Shown piece by piece: positions 1 to 13,069 of a stretch of 64,000 nt of DNA. Each line of letters starts with the position of its first letter. Positions within the stretch are counted from its first letter, which is position 1. A model generated the notes under the pieces. That model was not told the origin of the DNA. It saw only the letters and a program-made list of their open reading frames with translations, and did not search any database. Source of the DNA: Centroscyllium fabricii (lineage: Eukaryota). Both the position numbers and the translations under genes were made by a program. The DNA is taken from positions 219,294,001-219,358,000 of the forward strand of contig JBNRSN020000003.1 of NCBI GenBank assembly GCA_051313645.2. The letters run 5' to 3'.

Positions 1-863
1 TCCAGCCACGCAGCTCGACCAACAAACCGGCCACACTGGCCTACCCCTCGTCGCAGTCAACGGCGCCGCCATTACCACCTTTGGTAAACGCCGGGCAGAG
101 ATATGCCTCGGTGGCCAGCGTTTCACATGGGACTTTGTCACAGCCGCAGTGGAACAACCACTGCTCGGTGCAGATTCTTTGTGTGCCCACGGCCTACTCG
201 TGGACGTCCGAGGTAGGTGCCTCATGGACACTTCAACTTTCGCCTCCCTGCCCTGCCAACGGAGCAACAGCCAGACCCTCGTGAGCTCCTGCTCTTCTCC
301 GCCCCGCGACAAATACGCAAGGTTACTGGTTGAGTTCCCAGGCATCACGCAACCAACGTTTTCGGCAGTGGCGGCCAAGCATGGCGTCCAGCACCACATC
401 AGCACTATGGGCCCGCCGGTTTTCGCCCGAGCCAGGCACCTGGACCCCACCAAAGTGGCAGTGACCAAGGAAGAGTTCTCAGCGATGGAGAAGCTGGGAA
501 TCATCCGCCCCTCCCTCAGCCTGTGGACGTCCATGCTCCACATCGTCCCCAAACCCGGTGGTGGATGGCGCCCATGCGGGGATTACAGGTGCCTCAATGA
601 TGCCACTACGCCGGACCGGTACCACATATTCAAGACTTTTCAGTGCACCTGGCGGGCAAGTCGATCTTTTTTAAGGTTGACCTCTTCAGGGGATACCGCC
701 AGGTTCTGGTCCATACAGACGACATCCCAAAGACGGCGGTTATCACCCCTTTCGGACTCTTTGAATTCCTCCGTATGCCCTTCGGGTTAAAAAATACGGC
801 GCAGGTTTTCCAACGCCTAATGGACTCTGTCCATCGGGACTTGGAATTTTTGTATGTGTATCT
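1..863 (+). mobile_element. Truncated Ty3/Gypsy pol fragment (protease C-terminal part to RT), family A
   Basis: ORFs 149-790 and 643-939 carry WRPCGDYR and KTAVITPFGLFEFLRMPFGLKN. The fragment is cut at YVYL, just before the catalytic DD. Confidence 0.93.
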
Positions 864-924
864 CGAGCCTCCTCCCGTCTTTCCTCATCTAACAATCAGC
901 ATGACCCTCTATTTCCTTTTCCCT

Positions 925-1040
925 CATATGCTTGTCTAGCCTCCTCTTAAAATCATCTATACTATTCGCTTCAACCACTCCCTGTGCTAGCGAGTTCCAC
1001 ATTCTAACCACTCTCTGGATAAAGACGTTTCTTCTGAATT
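925..1040 (-). mobile_element. CR1 LINE 3' fragment (second copy ~5927-6042)
   Basis: GAGTTCCACATTCTAACCACTCTCTGG resembles the CR1 3' ORF2 end (QRVVNLWNSLP) seen at 50630 and 62280. Confidence 0.6.
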
Positions 1041-1647
1041 AATGCCCAAACAACCTATCTGTTACTGAGTTTCCAAGCTCAGTTTGATTTTCCAAATATA
1101 TTGCAAAGATAAATACATTTCTGTAAACCATATATTTTCCCCTGGAGGTGACCAATCTCTCATTTTACCCAGCTTGATTTTTTGAGTTGTCTACTGTTCC
1201 TTCGCTGTCACCAGTGCTTGCAGTAATATTTTTCCTCTCTTACTCAACTGAACCATTTCTTCACCAAACTGAAAATCAGCAGCTGCCACTACTATAGACA
1301 AGAAAGTGCTAATGTGTTTCAGAGAGGATTTATTTTGTGTGAATCTCTGGTTAGAAATCACCACTTAGTGTTGTATTAGCGATTAAGGGTTGAAAAATTC
1401 CACCTGGATAATTTGAATTTAGCATGTGGAATTTTCTGCTGCAAACAGTTGTTGAAAAAAAGGAATATTAAAGAGTATGTGGAACAAACAAGAAGTTGGG
1501 ATTACACAAGATGGCTTATATGGCTCATGTTGCTGCAGACTTCATGGGCGAAAGGTCAGTTTCTGTGCTGTAATATTTTATTATTCTATGATAATTTGTC
1601 TTTTTCCTTCTTCATCTGCAATGATGGAGTTATTACTCTCTGACTAT

Positions 1648-2505
1648 GGGGTCAATTTTCATGGGGCCCACAGGCGGCTTTTTCGGCGGCCGGGGAGGGA
1701 AAAAAAAAATCGCTAAAACGGGGGGTTGCGACCGCCCCTGCCCACCCCCCCCCCCGCCCCCCCCGCCGGTTTCCCACTTGTTTGTCAGTTTCACCTGGCA
1801 GGTCCGATTGGACTGCTTCAGTGCTGCCCGGCATCGGCGGGGATGGTCTTTAGGCTCATTAGGGGCCCTTAATTAGCATCTGTAGTGCCATTTTAAGGGC
1901 CCATAGCTATTTTGAGCCTTTTCCCATGCAAAACCCGCCTGATGGGAACACCACCGTTGAAACCTGGCGGAGACACATTCGGCTTGGTGACTTACACCTT
2001 CAAGGCATTGAAGCACCTGCCGCAGAATGGCTTCCTGGCCTCCAGCATGCTGGAGGTCTAACTGTCTCCCCAGGGTGCCCAAGATTAGTGGGAAAACACC
2101 TTTAAAAAACTTACCTTACAGCTGCTTCCTAGTGCTTGACAGATAGGCATTCCATAACTGTCAGGAGCCTGCCAGTGAAACAAAGCACTTTGAGCTGTCA
2201 ATCATCGAGTTGCAGTTACATTCTGTTGACAGTGGTTTGTGATGTCTCAATTGACTGAAACCACAAAAACAAACAGACCAGACCACTTGGAGCTGTCAAT
2301 CATCGGCTCTGCTGCTTACACAGTGGGAAGCCCGCCGGCTTTCTATCTAAAATCAATCAATTGGCAGGGGCTTCCCACACTCTGGGATTTAATTGGCCAA
2401 TTGAGCCAAAATTGCATGGGGCTCCCAAACCCTTCAGAAAGCGGGAGGAAAAAGTGATCAGCAGGGAACCCACCCATTCCCCACACCTTGAGGACAATCG
2501 ACCCC
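1648..2505. mobile_element. Non-autonomous DNA transposon (MITE), PIF/Harbinger-like; duplicate at 6650-7510
   Basis: Imperfect TIRs GGGGTCAATTTTC / GACAATCGACCCC and a 3-bp TSD TAT on both sides. Related to 34324-35382 and 63670-64000. Confidence 0.8.
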
Positions 2506-2610
2506 TATGACTCTATTGTTAGTTGCTGTGCATTTAATTACATTACTGAATACACCAAGTCCTGCTCACCCATCACCACTGTATGCAGACTTACATTGGA
2601 TCAACTACTA

Positions 2611-3750
2611 CAGCAACTTGCAATTACAGATCGAGCACCGTTAATCCGGCGCAGGCAGGACCAGGCCAGTGCCGGGAAAGTGAAAATCCTGAACGATTGA
2701 AGCTTTGGCGAGCACATGCGCAGACCATTCAAAATGGGCGCCGCGAAAGGCCGGTGGCCATTTTGAGTGGACTGCGCATGCGCTCGTCGTTCGGTAAAGC
2801 TCGGGAAGGAGGTGAGGCCCGGCTCAGGAAGCCCCAGCCCGGTAAGGCAAGGCCCGGCTCAGGAAGCCACAGCCCGGCTCGGTAAGTCTCGGTAAGGCCC
2901 GGCCCGGCTCGGTAAGGCGAGGCCCGGCTCGGGAAGGCTCGGTAAGGTGAGGCGAAGCCCCGGCACGGCTCGGTAAGGCAAGGCCCGGCTTGGGAAGCCC
3001 AGGCTCGGGAAGGCCCAGCCCGGGATTGTTCGGCAGCGTATGCGCAGATCACTAAAAACTTTGTGGCGGCCATTGTGAATGATCTGCGCATGCGCTTGCC
3101 ATTCGGCGGCACATGCGCAGATCATTCACTGATGCATCAATCGCGGCTGCCATTTTGCGCATGCGCAGTGCAGTCGGGGCAATTTGTTCTGTAAGACTGA
3201 AGCTGCCGGCTTATCGGGTAACGGATTAACAGTGCCCAACCTGTATATAGTGCCTTTAACATAGTAAAAGGTCCCAAAGAGCTTCACTGATGCGTTAAAT
3301 GAGGAAAGAGAGGCAGAGAGGTTTAGGGAGTGAGTTCCAGAGCTTAGGGCCTCGGCATAAGAAGGCACGGCCACCGATGATGGAGCGATTAAAATCGATG
3401 ATTTGCAAGAGGCCAGAATTGGAGGAGCGCAGATATCTGGGAGGGTTGTAGGGCTGGAGGAGGTTACAGAAATAGAGAGGGGAAAAGCCATGGAGGAATT
3501 TGAAAATAAGGATGATAATTTTGAAATTGGGGCATTGCTTAACAGGGAACCAATGTTGGTGAGCGAGCACAGGGGTGATTGGCGAATGGGACTTGGTGCG
3601 AGTTAGGATACGGGTAGCTGAGATTGGGATGAGCTTAAGTTTATGGAGGGTGGAAGATGGGAGGCTGGCCAGGAGTGCACTGGCCTAGTCAAGTTTAGAG
3701 GTAACAAAGGCATGGATGAGGATTTCTGCAGCTGAGCTGAGGCAGGGACC
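2611..3750 (-). mobile_element. L2/CR1-group LINE 3' fragment interrupted by a Tc1/mariner MITE; duplicate at ~7616-8755
   Basis: Minus-strand ORF 3295-3570 reads HWFPVKQ..FKI..LIFKFLHG..YNPPRYLRSS..GGRAF..GPKLWNSLP, typical of an L2-type ORF2 C-terminus. The tail CAACTTGCAATTA|TATAGTGCCTTTAAC is rejoined when the MITE is removed. Confidence 0.8.
2627..3243. mobile_element. Tc1/mariner-type MITE with internal GC-rich minisatellite; duplicate at 7632-8248
   Basis: TA on both flanks, TIRs CAGATCGAGCACCGTTAATCCG / CGGATTAACAGTGCCCAACCTG, and internal GGCTCGGTAAGG repeats. Confidence 0.85.
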
Positions 3751-3909
3751 ATCAACACATCAAATTTAAAATTTGCACCCTTGTTTTCATGGCCTCACCC
3801 GTCACCATCTCTAATCTCCTCCAGCTCCATATAAATACAAATTGTTGTTGTTGCTTCTATATTCCTTTTTTGAGGAATGGTGCAGCTGTATCATTGCCAG
3901 TCAAAGTAA

Positions 3910-5865
3910 TGTAGCGTAGCTACCCGGGGAAGCCCCTGGGTCTTCCCTTTAAGCCACAATCCCCATTTCACAGTCGGTCCCGCCTACATTTCCCTATTGG
4001 GCAGCCGGCATCCCTGTCCTGGTTCCTGAGTGGCGTAAGGAACTGTCCATCTCTTTTCCCACAATGCTTCGCGCCCTTTTCCAACAGTCGTTGTATGGAG
4101 TTCATGATTAAAAACCTGTTTTACCTGTGCTCCGGTGCACTGCATCTCTTTGGTAAAAACTTTAGGTAGGAGGTTGGATAACCCCTACAATTGGTGACCC
4201 CGATGTCAGACAGCGAACTGCCTGACCCGAACATGCAAACTGCGGCTGCCCCGGGCCCAGCCGCCGAACGGCCGTGAAATCTCAGCCTCCCTGCCTTCTG
4301 GGAACACCAAGCGGCCGCTTGGTTCCTCCAGGCGGAGGCCCAATTCGAGCTCTGGCGACTCAACAGCGATGCCGACCGCTACCTCCTCGTCATGGCAGCC
4401 CTGCCCAGCCACGTCGCTGCGGACATCGTTTATCTGCGGCAACCGGTACGGGGCCTTGAAAGAACGCCTGCTACAGGCCCACGACCTGCCTGAGGACGTG
4501 CGAGCCCGGCAGCTCCTCGAACTTTCGGACTGCGAGACTCTACCCTCACGCGCCTTATGAATCGAATGCTGGCCCTCCTCGGCAACTACAAAAACTGCCC
4601 TTTATTTCGGGCGCTGTTCATCAGCATGCTGCCACAGCTGGTGCAAACAGACTTGGCCAACGCAGAAGGCCTAACCTACGCAGAGTTGGCCGTCGTGGCA
4701 GACCGCATCCAACTCTGTGCGACCGTGGATTGCGCAGCCACGAGGCTCTCTCCGCCTACGCGCAGGCCTACGCCACAACCGCAGACAGGCCTCTGCTACT
4801 ACCACGCACGGTTTGGCCCGCAGGCCCAGCGCTGCAGACCGCCTTGCTCCTTCGTGCCTAATCAAGCTGCCGCAACACCACGCCGCCAACAAGGCCGAGC
4901 TGCTGCCAACGCCGTCAGCGCAGCAGGAAAGCTGCTTTTCATCATGGACTCTCTCTCCGGGCGCAGATTCCTCTGCGACACCGAAGCCCAATGCAGCATC
5001 CTTCCAGCCACGCAGCTCGACCAACAAGCCGGCCACACTGGCCTACCCCTCGTCGCAGTCAACGGCGCCGCCATTACCACCTTTGGTAAACGCCGGGCAG
5101 AGATATGCCTCGGTGGCCAGCGTTTCACATGGGACTTTGTCACAGCCGCAGTGGAACAACCACTGCTCGGTGCAGATTCTTTGTGTGCCCACGGCCTACT
5201 CGTGGACGTCCGAGGTAGGTGCCTCATGGACACTTCAACTTTCGCCTCCCTGCCCTGCCAACGGAGCAACAGCCAGACCCTCGTGAGCTCCTGCTCTTCT
5301 CCGCCCCGCGACAAATACGCAAGGTTACTGGTTGAGTTCCCAGGCATCACGCAACCAACGTTTTCGGCAGTGGCGGCCAAGCATGGCGTCCAGCACCACA
5401 TCAGCACTATGGGCCCGCCGGTTTTCGCCCGAGCCAGGCACCTGGACCCCACCAAAGTGGCAGTGACCAAGGAAGAGTTCTCAGCGATGGAGAAGCTGGG
5501 AATCATCCGCCCCTCCCTCAGCCTGTGGACGTTCATGCTCCACATCGTCCCCAAACCCGGTGGTGGATGGCGCCCATGCGGGGATTACAGGTGCCTCAAT
5601 GATGCCACTACGCCGGACCGGTACCACATATTCAAGACTTTTCAGTGCACCTGGCGGGCAAGTCGATCTTTTTTAAGGTTGACCTCTTCAGGGGATACCG
5701 CCAGGTTCTGGTCCATACAGACGACATCCCAAAGACGGCGGTTATCACCCCTTTCGGACTCTTTGAATTCCTCCGTATGCCCTTCGGGTTAAAAAATACG
5801 GCGCAGGTTTTCCAATGCCTAATGGACTCTGTCCATCGGGACTTGGAATTTTTGTATGTGTATCT
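3910..5865 (+). mobile_element. Gypsy family A, 5' LTR (3910-4189) + gag/PR + truncated RT (duplicated partial copy)
   Basis: LTR with TGTAG...CTACA termini, then a PBS. ORF 4557-5792 has CYYHARFG..C..PC and the protease motif FLCDTEAQCS. Confidence 0.92.
4192..4203 (+). promoter_or_regulatory. Primer-binding site complementary to the tRNA-Trp 3' end (second copy 9192-9203)
   Basis: TGGTGACCCCGA lies 2 nt after the LTR end and matches the start of the known tRNA-Trp PBS TGGTGACCCCGACGTGAT. Confidence 0.85.
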
Positions 5866-8800
5866 CGAGCCTCCTCCCGTCTTTCCTCATCTAACTATCA
5901 GCATGACCCTCTATTTCCTTTTCCCTCATATGCTTGTCTAGCCTCCTCTTAAAATCATCTATACTATTCGCTTCAACCACTCCCTGTGCTAGCGAGTTCC
6001 ACATTCTAACCACTCTCTGGATAAAGACGTTTCTTCTGAATTAATGCCCAAACAACCTATCTGTTACTGAGTTTCCAAGCTCAGTTTGTTTTTCCAAATA
6101 TATTGCAAAGATAAATACATTTCTGTAAACCATATATTTTCCCCTGGAGGTGACCAATCTCTCATTTTACCCAGCTTGATTTTTTGAGTTGTGTACTGTT
6201 CCTTCGCTGTCACCAGTGCTTGCAGTAATATTTTTCCTCTCTTACTCAACTGAACCATTTCTTCACCAAACTGAAAATCAGCAGCTGCCACTACTATAGA
6301 CAAGAAAGTGCTAATGTGTTTCAGAGAGGATTTATTTTGTGTGAATCTCTGGTTAGAAATCACCACTTAGTGTTGTATTAGCGATTAAGGGTTGAAAAAT
6401 TCCACCTGGATAATTTGAATTTAGCATGTGGAATTTTCTGCTGCAAACAGTTGTTGAAAAAAAGGAATATTAAAGAGTATGTGGAACAAACAAGAAGTTG
6501 GGATTACACAAGATGGCTTATATGGCTCATGTTGCTGCAGACTTCATGGGCGAAAGGTCAGTTTCTGTGCTGTAATATTTTATTATTCTATGATAATTTG
6601 TCTTTTTCCTTCTTCATCTGCAATGATGGAGTTATTACTCTCTGACTATGGGGTCAATTTTCATGGGGCCCACAGGCGGCTTTTTCGGCGGCCGGGGAGG
6701 GAAAAAAAAAATCGCTAAAACGGGGGGTTGCGACCGCCCCCGCCCACCCCCCCCCCCCCGCCCCCCCCCGCCGGTTTCCCACTTGTTTGTCAGTTTCACC
6801 TGGCAGGTCCGATTGGACTGCTTCAGTGCTGCCCGGCATCGGCGGGGATGGTCTTTAGGCTCATTAGGGGCCCTTAATTGGCATCTGTAGTGCCATTTTA
6901 AGGGCCCATAGCTATTTTGAGCCTTTTCCCATGCAAAACCCGCCTGATGGGAACACCACCGTTGAAACCTGGCGGAGACACATTCGGCTTGGTGACTTAC
7001 ACCTTCAAGGCATTGAAGCACCTGCCGCAGAATGGCTTCCTGGCCTCCAGCATGCTGGAGGTCTAACTGTCTCCCTAGGGTGCCCAAGATTAGTGGGAAA
7101 ACACCTTTAAAAAACTTACCTTACAGCTGCTTCCTAGTGCTTGACAGATAGGCATTCCATAACTGTCAGGAGCCTGCCAGTGAAACAAAGCACTTTGAGC
7201 TGTCAACCATCGAGTTGCAGTTACATTCTGTTGACAGTGGTTTGTGATGTCACAATTGACTGAAACCACAAAAACAAACAGACCAGACCACTTGGAGCTG
7301 TCAATCATCGGCTCTGCTGCTTACACAGTGGGAAGCCCGCCGGCTTTCTATCTAAAATCAATCAATTGGCAGGGGCTTCCCACACTCTGGGATTTAATTG
7401 GGCATTTGAGCCAAAATTGCATGGGGCTCCCAAACCCTTCAGAAAGCGGGAAGAAAAAGTGATCAGCAGGGAACCCACCCATTCCCCACACCTTGAGGAC
7501 AATCGACCCCTATGACTCTATTGTTAGTTGCTGTGCATTTAATTACATTACTGAATACACCAAGTCCTGCTCACCCATCACCACTGTATGCAGACTTACA
7601 TTGGATCAACTACTACAGCAACTTGCAATTACAGATCGAGCACCGTTAATCCGGCGCAGGCAGGACCAGGCCAGTGCCGGGAAAGTGAAAATCCTGAACG
7701 ATTGAAGCTTTGGCGAGCGCATGCGCAGACCATTCAAAATGGGCGCCGCGAAAGGCCGGTGGCCATTTTGAGTGGACTGCGCATGCGCTTGTCGTTCGGT
7801 AAAGCTCGGGAAGGAGGTGAGGCCCGGCTCAGGAAGCCCCAGCCCGGTAAGGCAAGGCCCGGCTCAGGAAGCCACAGCCCGGCTCGGTAAGTCTCGGTAA
7901 GGCCCGGCCCGGCTCGGTAAGGCGAGGCCCGGCTCGGGAAGGCTCGGTAAGGTGAGGCGAAGCCCCGGCACGGCTCGGTAAGGCAAGGCCCGGCTTGGGA
8001 AGCCCAGGCTCGGGAAGGCCCAGCCCGTGATTGTTCGGCAGCGTATGCGCAGATCACTAAAAACTTTGTGGCGGCCATTGTGAATGATCTGCGCATGCGC
8101 TTGCCATTCGGCGGCACATGCGCAGATCATTCACTGATGCATCAATCGCGGCTGCCATTTTGCGCATGCGCAGTGCAGTCGGGGCAATTTGTTCTGTAAG
8201 ACTGAAGCTGCCGGCTTATCGGGTAACGGATCAACAGTGCCCAACCTGTATATAGTGCCTTTAACATAGTAAAAGGTCCCAAAGGGCTTCACTGATGCGT
8301 TAAATGAGGAAAGAGAGGCAGAGAGGTTTAGGGAGTGAGTTCCAGAGCTTAGGGCCTCGGCATAAGAAGGCACGGCCGCCGATGATGGAGCGATTAAAAT
8401 CGAGGATTTGCAAGAGGCCAGAATTGGAGGAGCGCAGATATCTGGGAGGGTTGTAGGGCTGGAGGAGGTTACAGAAATAGAGAGGGGAAAAGCCATGGAG
8501 GAATTTGAAAATAAGGATGATAATTTTGAAATTGGGGCATTGCTTAACAGGGAACCAATGTTGGTGAGCGAGCACAGGGGTGATTGGCGAATGGGACTTG
8601 GTGCGAGTTAGGATACGGGTAACTGAGATTGGGATGAGCTTAAGTTTATGGAGGGTGGAAGATGGGAGGCTGGCCAGGAGTGCACTGGCCTAGTCAAGTT
8701 TAGAGGTAACAAAGGCATGGATGAGGATTTCTGCAGCTGAGCTGAGGCAGGGACCATCAACACATCAAATTTAAAATTTGCACCCTTGTTTTCATGGCCT

Positions 8801-8914
8801 CACCCGTCACCATCTCTAATCTCCTCCAGCTCCATATAAATACAAATTGTTGTTGTTGCTTCTATATTCCTTTTTTGAGGAATGGTGCAGCTGTATCATT
8901 GCCAGTCAAAGTAA

Positions 8915-11900
8915 TGTAGCTACCCGGGGAAGCCCCTGGGTCTTCCCTTTAAGCCACAATCCCCATTTCACAGTCGGTCCCGCCTACATTTCCCTATTGG
9001 GCAGCCGGCATCCCTGTCCTGGTTCCTGAGTGGCATAAGGAACTGTCCATCTCTTTTCCCACAATGCTTCGCGCCCTTTTCCAACAGTCGTTGTATGGAG
9101 TTCATGATTAAAAACCTGTTTTACCTGTGCTCCGGTGCACTGCATCTCTTTGGTAAAAACTTTAGGTAGGAGGTTGGATAACCCCTACAATTGGTGACCC
9201 CGATGTCAGACAGCGAACTGCCTGACCCGAACATGCAAACTGCGGCTGCCCCGGGCCCAGCCGCCGAACGGCCGTGAAATCTCAGCCTCCCCGCCTTCTG
9301 GGAACACCAAGCGGCCGCTTGGTTCCTCCAGGCGGAGGCCCAATTCGAGCTCTGGCGACTCAACAGCGATGCCGACCGCTACCTCCTCGTCGTGGCAGCC
9401 CTGCCCAGCCACGTCGCCGCGGACATCGTTTATCTGCGGCAACCGGTACGGGGCCTTGAAAGAACGCCTGCTACAGGCCCACGACCTGCCTGAGGACGTG
9501 CGAGCCCGGCAGCTCCTCGAACTTTCGGACTGCGAGACTCTACCCCCACGCGCCTTATGAATCGAATGCTGGCCCTCCTTGGCAACTACAAAAACTGCCC
9601 TTTATTTCGGGCGCTGTTCATCAGCATGCTGCCACAGCTGGTGCAAACAGACTTGGTCAACGCAGAAGGCCTAACCTACGCAGAGTTGGCCGTCGTGGCA
9701 GACCGCATCCAACTCTGTGCGACCGTGGATTGCGCAGCCACGAGGCTCTCTCCGCCTACGCGCAGGCCTACGCCACAACCGCAGACAGGCCTCTGCTACC
9801 ACCACGCACGGTTTGGCCCGCAGGCCCAGCGCTGCAGACCGCCTTGCTCCTTCGTGCCTAATCAAGCTGCCGCAACACCACGCCGCCAACAAGGCCGAGC
9901 TGCTGCCAACGCCGTCAGCGCAGCAGGAAAGCTGCTTTTCATCATGGACTCTCTCTCTGGGCGCAGATTCCTCTGCGACACCGAAGCCCAATGCAGCATC
10001 CTTCCAGCCACGCTGCTCGACCAACAGGCCGGCCACACTGGCCTACCCCTCGTCGCAGTCAACGGTGCCGCCATTACCACCTTTGGTAAACACCGGGCAG
10101 AGATATGCCTCAGTGGCCAGCGTTTCACATGGGACTTTGTCACAGCCGCAGTGGAACAACCACTGCTCGGTGCAGATTCTTTGTGTGCCCACGGCCTACT
10201 CGGCGACGTCCGAGGTAGGTGCCTCATGGACACTTCAACTTTTGCCTCCCTGCCCTGCCAACGGAGCAACAGCCAGACCCTCGTGAGCTCCTGCTCTTCT
10301 CTGCCCCGTGACAAATACGCAAGGTTACTGGTTGAGTTCCCAGGCATCACGCAACCAACGTTTTCGGCAGTGGCGGCCAAGCATGGCATCCAGCACCACA
10401 TCAGCACTATGGGCCCGCCGGTTTTCGCCCGAGCCAGGCACCTGAACCCCACCAAAGTGGCAGTGACCAAGGAAGAGTTCTCAGCGATGGAGAAGCTGGG
10501 AATCATCCGCCCCTCCAACAGCCTGTGGACGTCCATGCTCCACATCGTCCCCAAACCCGGTAGTGGATGGCGCCCATGCGGGGATTACAGGCGCCTCAAT
10601 GACGCCACTACGCCGGACCGGTACCACATATTCAAGACTTTTCAGTGCACCTGGCGGGCAAGTCGATCTTTTTTAAGGTTGACCTCTTCAGGGGATACCG
10701 CCAGGTTCTGGTCCATACAGACGACATCCCAAAGACGGCGGTTATCACCCCTTTCGGACTCTTTGAATTCCTCCGCATGCCCTTCGGGTTAAAAAATACG
10801 GCGCAGGTTTTCCAACGCCTAATGGACTCTGTCCATCGGGACTTGGACTTTTTGTATGTGTATCTGGATGATATATTGTTTGCGAGCGCTAACGAGTTGG
10901 AACATGTTGTGCATTTGCGTTCCTTCTTTCAGAGATTGGCCCATCATGGCCTAATTATCAATCCAGTGAAGTGCCAATTCGGCCTAGCTGAGATTGATTT
11001 TTTGGGGCACCACATCTCCACCGCCAGAGCCATTCCGTTGCTGGCTAAGGTGCAAGCGGTCACGGATTTTCCCCGGCCCAACTCGGTTAAGGCGCTCCAG
11101 GAATTTCTGGGGATGATAAACTTCTACCACCGTTTCCTCCCCAGCGCCGCTGCCATCATGCGCCCCTTGTACGAGGCCACCAGGGGCAAGACCGGCAAGG
11201 ACAATTTGTCCTGGACGGCCGACATGGCTGAGGCCTTTAGCCTAGCCAAGGCAGCCTTGGCAGAAGCCACCCTTTTGGCCCATCCCATCCCAGGCGCTCC
11301 CCTGGTACTCACCACCGATGCCTCGGATCACGCCATAGGCGCAGTGCAACAACAGTGGTTGGACGGTGTCTAGCAGCCCCTCGCATTTTTTAGCCGCCAA
11401 CTGTGGAAAAACGAGCTCGCCTACAGCACCTTTGATCGGGAACTGCTGGCTCTTTTTCTTGCGGTGCGACATTTTCGTTTCCTACTGGAGGGCTGCCCGT
11501 TCACCGCCTATGTGGACCATAAACCCCTCATTTTTGCCATGGCCAAGGTCACAGAACCCTGGTCAGGGCACCAACAGCGCCACCTAAATTTTATTTCGGA
11601 ATTTACCACCGACATCCGCCACGTGTCCGGCAAGGACAATGTCGTAGCCGACTGACTTTCCCGGCATTCCCTCCACGCGGTCCAGGTTGGTGTCGACTAT
11701 GCGGACATGGCACAGGCTCAGCGGGCAGACGCTGAACTACAGTCTCTGCATTCTGCCTGACCCTGAAGGACATTCATTTCCAGGCAGCCAGCACGACACT
11801 CTTGTGACACTTCCGTGGCCCATCCCAGGCCGTTAGTGCCCACCTCGTGGCGCAGGCGCATCTTCGACCTGGTCCACGGTCGTTCCCATGCGGGCATGCG

Positions 11901-13069
11901 AGCATCCCAGAAACTGATGTCCTCTAAATTTGTGTGGCCCGGCCTGCACAAAGACGTGCGGGACTGGACTAACACCTGTCCCGATTGTCAGCGCGCCAAG
12001 GTGCACCAAAACACCAAGGCTCCCCTGCAACACTCCCCGGTCCCCGAGCGCAGGTTTGACCATGTCCACGTGGATTTGGTCGGCCCCTTACCCCCTCTCA
12101 CAGGGATTCACGCACCTCCTCACCATCGTCGACTGCACCACCAGGTGGCCGGAGGTCGTACCCTTGTCCTCCACTACCACGGCCGTTGTGGCACACGCCT
12201 TCATCTTTGCCTGGGTAGCCCGGTTTGGAGTTCCGTCGGACATAACCTCCGACAGGAGCCCGCAGTTCACCTCCCAACTGTGGGGCGCCATCACCACAGG
12301 CCTGGGGACTAAGTTGCACTGTACTACGGCGTACCACCCCCAGGCCAACGGTATATGCGAATGTTTCCACCGCGCCCTCAAGGCCTTGCTCCGCGCCAGC
12401 TTGGCTGATGCCAACTGGCTCGACAGACTCCCTTGGGTCCTGCTTGGATTGCGATCGGCACCCAAAGACGACCTCGGCGTGTCTTCGGCCGAACACGTCC
12501 TGGGACAACCCCTGCGCATCCCCGGGGAGTTCCTCCCCTCCGTCAATGAGGGTTGGTCGGCAGGCGAACATCCAGCTCGACACAACGACGCCGCCCATCG
12601 TTTTCTTCCTGTGTCCACTTCGTCGCACGGGGTCCGGTCATCCCACATGCCCATCGAGCACCGCCAGGCCCAGTTCATGTTTGTTCGCTGCGACGCACAC
12701 AAGACAACCTTACAGGCGCCGTACACAGGCCCCTTCCGTGTCCTGGGGGCAGGCCACAAAACTTTCCTCCTCGCGGTCGGTGGTAGACGGGACCTCATTT
12801 CCATTGACAGGCTCAAAGCGGCCCACTTGGATTCCACTTGGTCTGATCAATGTCTTTCGGGCCCCCGCATTTAATTCTCTTCCTCCACAAATGAGGCTCC
12901 ACCGGGCCTGGCCCCGGTCGAACTTACCAATAGGTTCCCGTCTCCCGCACTGCCCCAGTTCCCACACCGGTTTCGCCCCCCACTTCTGCGCCCCGGCAGA
13001 CCCTCAGCCCCGGCCATGACACGCCCATCCTTGCCTCACCCGCACCCGCGGACTATCACACACACTCCG
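8915..13069 (+). mobile_element. Gypsy family A, near full-length degenerate copy lacking the 3' LTR (LTR 8915-9189; gag-PR-RT-RNaseH-IN)
   Basis: YLDD at ~10861, RNase H TTDASDHAIG, integrase zinc finger H..H..CPDC, DLVGPLP, SDRSPQF, AYHPQANG and PYTGPF. Several frameshifts and stops. Confidence 0.95.

Larger units (their letters stand above)
1..10865. repeat. Head-to-tail tandem duplication, unit ~5.0 kb (partial unit 1-863, full units 864-5865 and 5866-10865)
   Basis: Sequence and ORF track recur at offsets of ~5000-5005 bp with scattered SNPs and small indels. The junction TATGTGTATCT|CGAGCCTCC is identical at 863/864 and 5865/5866, while the last copy continues TATCTGGATGAT at 10861. 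Confidence 0.97.

Noticed and set aside
1377-1387. TTAGCGATTAA matching the complement expected for the orphan LTR at 13070
   Set aside because: An 11-nt AT-rich match with no adjacent LTR or gag; chance.
2800-3025. Short GC-rich repeats as a CRISPR array
   Set aside because: There are no unique spacers and no cas genes. It is a degenerate minisatellite inside a MITE in eukaryotic DNA.
12088-12837. Long antisense or alternate-frame ORFs over Gypsy, PLE and CR1 coding regions (also 4862-5554, 28375-29253, 44989-45822)
   Set aside because: These are expected shadows of GC-rich coding sequence, with no recognisable domains and boundaries not conserved between copies.
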